Positions 55,638 through 59,105 of a DNA stretch of 59,105 nucleotides are shown here, one piece after another. Origin of the DNA: Thermoplasmata archaeon (lineage in GTDB: Archaea > Thermoplasmatota > Thermoplasmata > Thermoplasmatales > ARK-15). The number at the start of each line of letters is the position of its first letter. Position 1 is the first letter of the stretch. Both the position numbers and the translations under genes were made by a program. The notes beneath the pieces are model-generated. The model ran no database searches. It saw only the letters and a list, made by a program, of their open reading frames with translations, and was not told the origin of the DNA. Where the stretch lies: assembly GCA_049965455.1 (NCBI GenBank), contig JBMFWH010000004.1, positions 1 through 59,105 on the forward strand. Direction: 5' to 3'.

Positions 55638-56900
55638 CTACTTATATATTTTTTCATCCACAAGCTTGAAATCCAGGGCGTCAAGTTCCACGTCTCTCTT
55701 TGTGCTCCAGTAATCAGGCTTAGAGATCTCTCTAAGATATTCATGCTGAATAATCAGCTTCATCACTTCGCTACTGCCAGTCCAGATCAGCCCTAACCTC
55801 GAGTCCCGCAAAAGCCGTTCAATCGGATACACGGTCGTATATCCGATCCCGCCCATTATCTGCATTGCATCGTTCACAACTTTCCACATCATCTCTGTTG
55901 AATTCAGCTTTGACATTGAAACCAGCTTTCTCAAATATGCTTTTTCAATCTTTTCCGTCTCAAGCATGTCTGCAGCCTTGCTCGCAGTGTAAACTAAAGC
56001 GGTGGCATTCTCTATTGCAGTCACACTCTCTGCAATCTTGAAATTTATGCCCTCATGCTCTATTATTTTAGAGCCGAATGCCTCTCTCTTCATCGCGTAA
56101 TTAGTGGCCACTTCTATTGCCGCAGTAGCCACTCCGATAGAGCCGGCGGCAGTGGTCAATCGCTCTGGAACCATCATCCTGTTAAATATCTCATAACCAC
56201 CATTAAGCTCTCCAATCAGGTTTTCTTCAGGTATCTCCGCATCACTGTATATAATGCGTGCAGTACCACCACCTTTGTTGCCCAATAATCCGTATACGGT
56301 TTCTACTTTCAATCCCGGCGTGTCCCGATCTACTATGAAGGTGCTTATCCCTTTTGTTATCGGTTTTGAATCAGGATTCGTAATTGCATAAGTCACAAAA
56401 AAGTCAGCGCCTTCCCCGCCAACTATGAACCTTTTCTGCCCGTTTAATATGTACTTATTGCCTTTCTTGTCCGCCCTCGTTTTCATCATTCCAAACAGGT
56501 CCGAACCTCCTGACGGCTCGGTAATAGCCTCGGCACCGTATTTAGATCCTGAAGTGATGCCTCCCAGATACTTCTCTTTCTGTTCTTTCGTTCCAAACCT
56601 GTAGATAGGTTCTCCCACTATAGAGCCCAATGAATACATGCAGCTTAATGTGAATCCCAGATACCCAAACTCTTCAATTGCTGCCATCTCTGCTGTCCAG
56701 CTGCTCTCTTTCCCGCCATACTGTTTTGGGAACCTTAATCCTGTTATATCTCCGTTCGCTATAAGCTCTATAAACTCTCTGGGGAATTTTACAGTTTCGG
56801 ATTCTATGTTCCGGATAAGATCATGAGACACGGATTTTACAATGCTTCTAGCCTTGTACTTTATCTCTTTTTCTTCTTTGCTCAAAAGAAAATCTTGCAT
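55638..56900 (-). CDS. Acyl-CoA dehydrogenase
   Basis: ITEPSGGSD, NGQKRFI, QIMGGIGY, ERLLRD. Confidence 0.93.
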   Translation of the reverse strand: MQDFLLSKEEKEIKYKARSIVKSVSHDLIRNIESETVKFPREFIELIANGDITGLRFPKQYGGKESSWTAEMAAIEEFGYLGFTLSCMYSLGSIVGEPIYRFGTKEQKEKYLGGITSGSKYGAEAITEPSGGSDLFGMMKTRADKKGNKYILNGQKRFIVGGEGADFFVTYAITNPDSKPITKGISTFIVDRDTPGLKVETVYGLLGNKGGGTARIIYSDAEIPEENLIGELNGGYEIFNRMMVPERLTTAAGSIGVATAAIEVATNYAMKREAFGSKIIEHEGINFKIAESVTAIENATALVYTASKAADMLETEKIEKAYLRKLVSMSKLNSTEMMWKVVNDAMQIMGGIGYTTVYPIERLLRDSRLGLIWTGSSEVMKLIIQHEYLREISKPDYWSTKRDVELDALDFKLVDEKIYK

Positions 56901-57220
56901 TTTTGTTCACAACTCCTTTTTATTGAATGGTAATGACTCAACTTTATGCATATGAATGCTGGATTGCCAGAAATAGACATAACCATTATGATATGTTTTG
57001 AGATCAAAACAAAAGGATTCTAAAAAGCTTAAATTATCCTGAAAAATGCGTTCCAGCATAAATTCCAGTTTCAAGTAAACATTCATTTTTATTGCATAAA
57101 AACTAACAATCACGGTTTATATAAATTTTACGATTATTTTTTCTTTAAACTTTGAAATGCTTTTTAAAAGACCTGGAAATAGCCAAAAAGCTTTATTAAT
57201 ACTGTTACTATGATTCAATC

Positions 57221-57739
57221 ATGCGTTATTCAAAAAATGAAGTAAGGGATAAAATAGCAATCATCGAGTTTTTAAAAGCAGAAAAATTTGGAACTTTAGG
57301 GCTTGTAGATGAGGATAAGCCTTATGCCGTGCCTGTGAATTTTTTGTATCTTGATGACAAGATCTATTTTCACAGTGCCAGAGCAGGCAGAAAATGGGAC
57401 ATTATCCACAAAAATGCAAATGCGTTTTTTGTAGTAGCAAGATGGAATAACACTATTCCTGCGCAAACTGCATGCGATATTGGCACCTCTTACTTCAGCG
57501 TGATGCTTGAAGGAACGGTCCGCATTGTTGAAGATAAGGTGGAAAAAGATACAGCGTTCAATATGTTCATTAAAAAATATGCATCAGATGCAGAGCATGT
57601 AAGCGTGCAATTGATGGACAATTACAGGTCTTCGCTCAATACCGGCATGGCATTATTTGCCATTGCAATAAAAACCATGTCTGCGAAGGCCAATCCTCCA
57701 ACCCAGAAAAATTACTATTCAGGCAAGGTCAAAAATTAA
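57221..57739 (+). CDS. Pyridoxamine 5'-phosphate oxidase-like flavin-binding protein (NimA-like)
   Basis: PYAVPVNF, IYFHSA..GRK, YFSVM..G. Confidence 0.85.
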   Translation: MRYSKNEVRDKIAIIEFLKAEKFGTLGLVDEDKPYAVPVNFLYLDDKIYFHSARAGRKWDIIHKNANAFFVVARWNNTIPAQTACDIGTSYFSVMLEGTVRIVEDKVEKDTAFNMFIKKYASDAEHVSVQLMDNYRSSLNTGMALFAIAIKTMSAKANPPTQKNYYSGKVKN

Positions 57740-57759
57740 AAAAATATAAAAAAATAAAT

Positions 57760-58032
57760 TTATTTCTTGTATTTTATCTTACTGGATGCTCTGAATACAA
57801 ACTTTTTCTTCTGTGGCACATTAATTATCTTCTTTGTCTTTGGAATTCTTGCTTTTCTCTGGCTCTGTATTCTTCTCTCGAATATACCGAATCCCACTAA
57901 ATTGATCTTTTCTCCTTTATTTACTTTATCAACTACTGTGCTGATTAATGTGTCTATAACTTTCTTTGCTTCTCTCTGTGTCATGTTTGCTTTCTTTGCA
58001 ACATCCCTTGCAAGGTCATTAACACCTACCAT
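57760..58032 (-). CDS. HU-family nucleoid protein (Thermoplasma HTa type)
   Basis: KINLVGFGIFERR...RKAR.P...VP.KKKFVFRASSKIKY; GGAGGTGA RBS. Confidence 0.93.
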   Translation of the reverse strand: MVGVNDLARDVAKKANMTQREAKKVIDTLISTVVDKVNKGEKINLVGFGIFERRIQSQRKARIPKTKKIINVPQKKKFVFRASSKIKYKK

Positions 58033-58216
58033 TTTCTAATCACCTCCTTTTTAACTATTTAAATAGTATATTGTTATCTAACTATATAAATATTTTTGTT
58101 AATATACCTTAAAACTATGTGTTTATCATAGGTTATAAAATTATAAATTTTTTTATAAAATTGATGAGTTATAAAAAAATAAAAAAATATTTATAATATT
58201 TAAATAATATTTGTTG

Positions 58217-58579
58217 CTATTTACGAAACATAAAAAGGTATCTGTCTATTAATGCGTGATCGGCGATGTTTTCATCATTTTTTGAACCCCATAACTTTTT
58301 CTTTAATTGTTCATTTTCAGCCAGCAATCCGGATAAATTTATGGCCAGGATCTGGTTATCTTTCAACATAGAAAAGTATTCGAATTTCAATCCCGCAATT
58401 TCACTTTCTTTTTTGACAGCCTGATTGTTCATGATTTCAAGCTCATTTTTTCTGGATTTTAAAATATTGTAAATCTCTTTCAGCTCTGTAATCGTGGCAT
58501 TGCAAGAGCTGGACATTAGATTCTCAGCTATCTCACGATCGTTTAAATTGAACAGTTTGACCAGATCCTCAATCTTCAT
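58217..58579 (-). CDS. Hypothetical coiled-coil protein
   Basis: Heptad-like pattern; overlaps the upstream gene. Confidence 0.65.
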   Translation of the reverse strand: MKIEDLVKLFNLNDREIAENLMSSSCNATITELKEIYNILKSRKNELEIMNNQAVKKESEIAGLKFEYFSMLKDNQILAINLSGLLAENEQLKKKLWGSKNDENIADHALIDRYLFMFRK

Positions 58580-58892
58580 CTTTTTTCATCCTTATATTTT
58601 CAGAGCTTAGAAACTTTATCTTATTGTTCATGAGAGTTGCATCTTTTCTGGCAGATTCAATAAGATCTCTATAATAATCAAGTTCTTTATTTAGCTCATC
58701 TAAATGTGCTTTGAGTTCTTCTGCATTCGCATTGGTTTTTTCCAAGTCACTATCTAAAATTTTTTTGATAGTGCATAAAACCTGTTTTTCATCTGCCTTC
58801 TCTAATTCATCGTGACCGATAGCTATTTTTTTTGCGGTCCTGTTTTTTCTAACTACTTTTATCTGAGGCAAAGTCTCTTTAAAATTGGTCAT
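58569..58892 (-). CDS. Hypothetical coiled-coil protein
   Basis: Heptad-like pattern; GAGG RBS before the ATG at 58892. Confidence 0.65.
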   Translation of the reverse strand: MTNFKETLPQIKVVRKNRTAKKIAIGHDELEKADEKQVLCTIKKILDSDLEKTNANAEELKAHLDELNKELDYYRDLIESARKDATLMNNKIKFLSSENIRMKKDED

Positions 58893-59105
58893 GACATTCA
58901 ATCCTCTGCAATATAGGCGTTATCACCAGAACTGGATTTTAAGGCAAACGCCATTGCCTGTAATAATGATAAATACAGATTAGTATTTAAAAATTATTGG
59001 TAGATCTATGCCGGAAATTGACGGTTGTATCTTTTTTGTTGTTTTATTAAGATAGCACGTGTTTCTTCAACACTTTTTTGTGTTATGTATATACAACATG
59101 AAAAA

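Overview
Chromosomal segment of an archaeon, most likely class Thermoplasmata. Supporting features are an HTa-type HU protein, unsplit RpoB, an N-terminally extended RpoA'' and a thermopsin. Core content is metG, a class II ribonucleotide reductase, SRP RNA, the tRNA-Lys-rpoH-rpoB-rpoA'-rpoA''-rpl30e-nusA operon, an intron-containing tRNA-Trp, an unannotated eL41/eS32 gene and various metabolic and transport genes. Four accessory or unusual regions stand out. (1) An AT-rich azol(in)e-RiPP (LAP/TOMM) cluster at 9-4919 has ABC exporter, SagB-, SagC- and YcaO-type genes, with no precursor found in the window. (2) A two-gene unit at 29404-32267 couples a MinD/ParA ATPase fused to a degenerate RecA/KaiC-like domain with a PilZ-less cellulose-synthase-like GT2. 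(3) A ModE-HTH/Nudix fusion lies divergent from a LipS2-like radical SAM gene. (4) An eroding region at about 44-53 kb holds copies of two MITE families, a tyrosine-integrase remnant at the tRNA-Trp 3' end and several pseudogenes. No CRISPR array, rRNA gene or intact transposase was seen. All functional calls come from motif recognition by eye; no database searches were run.
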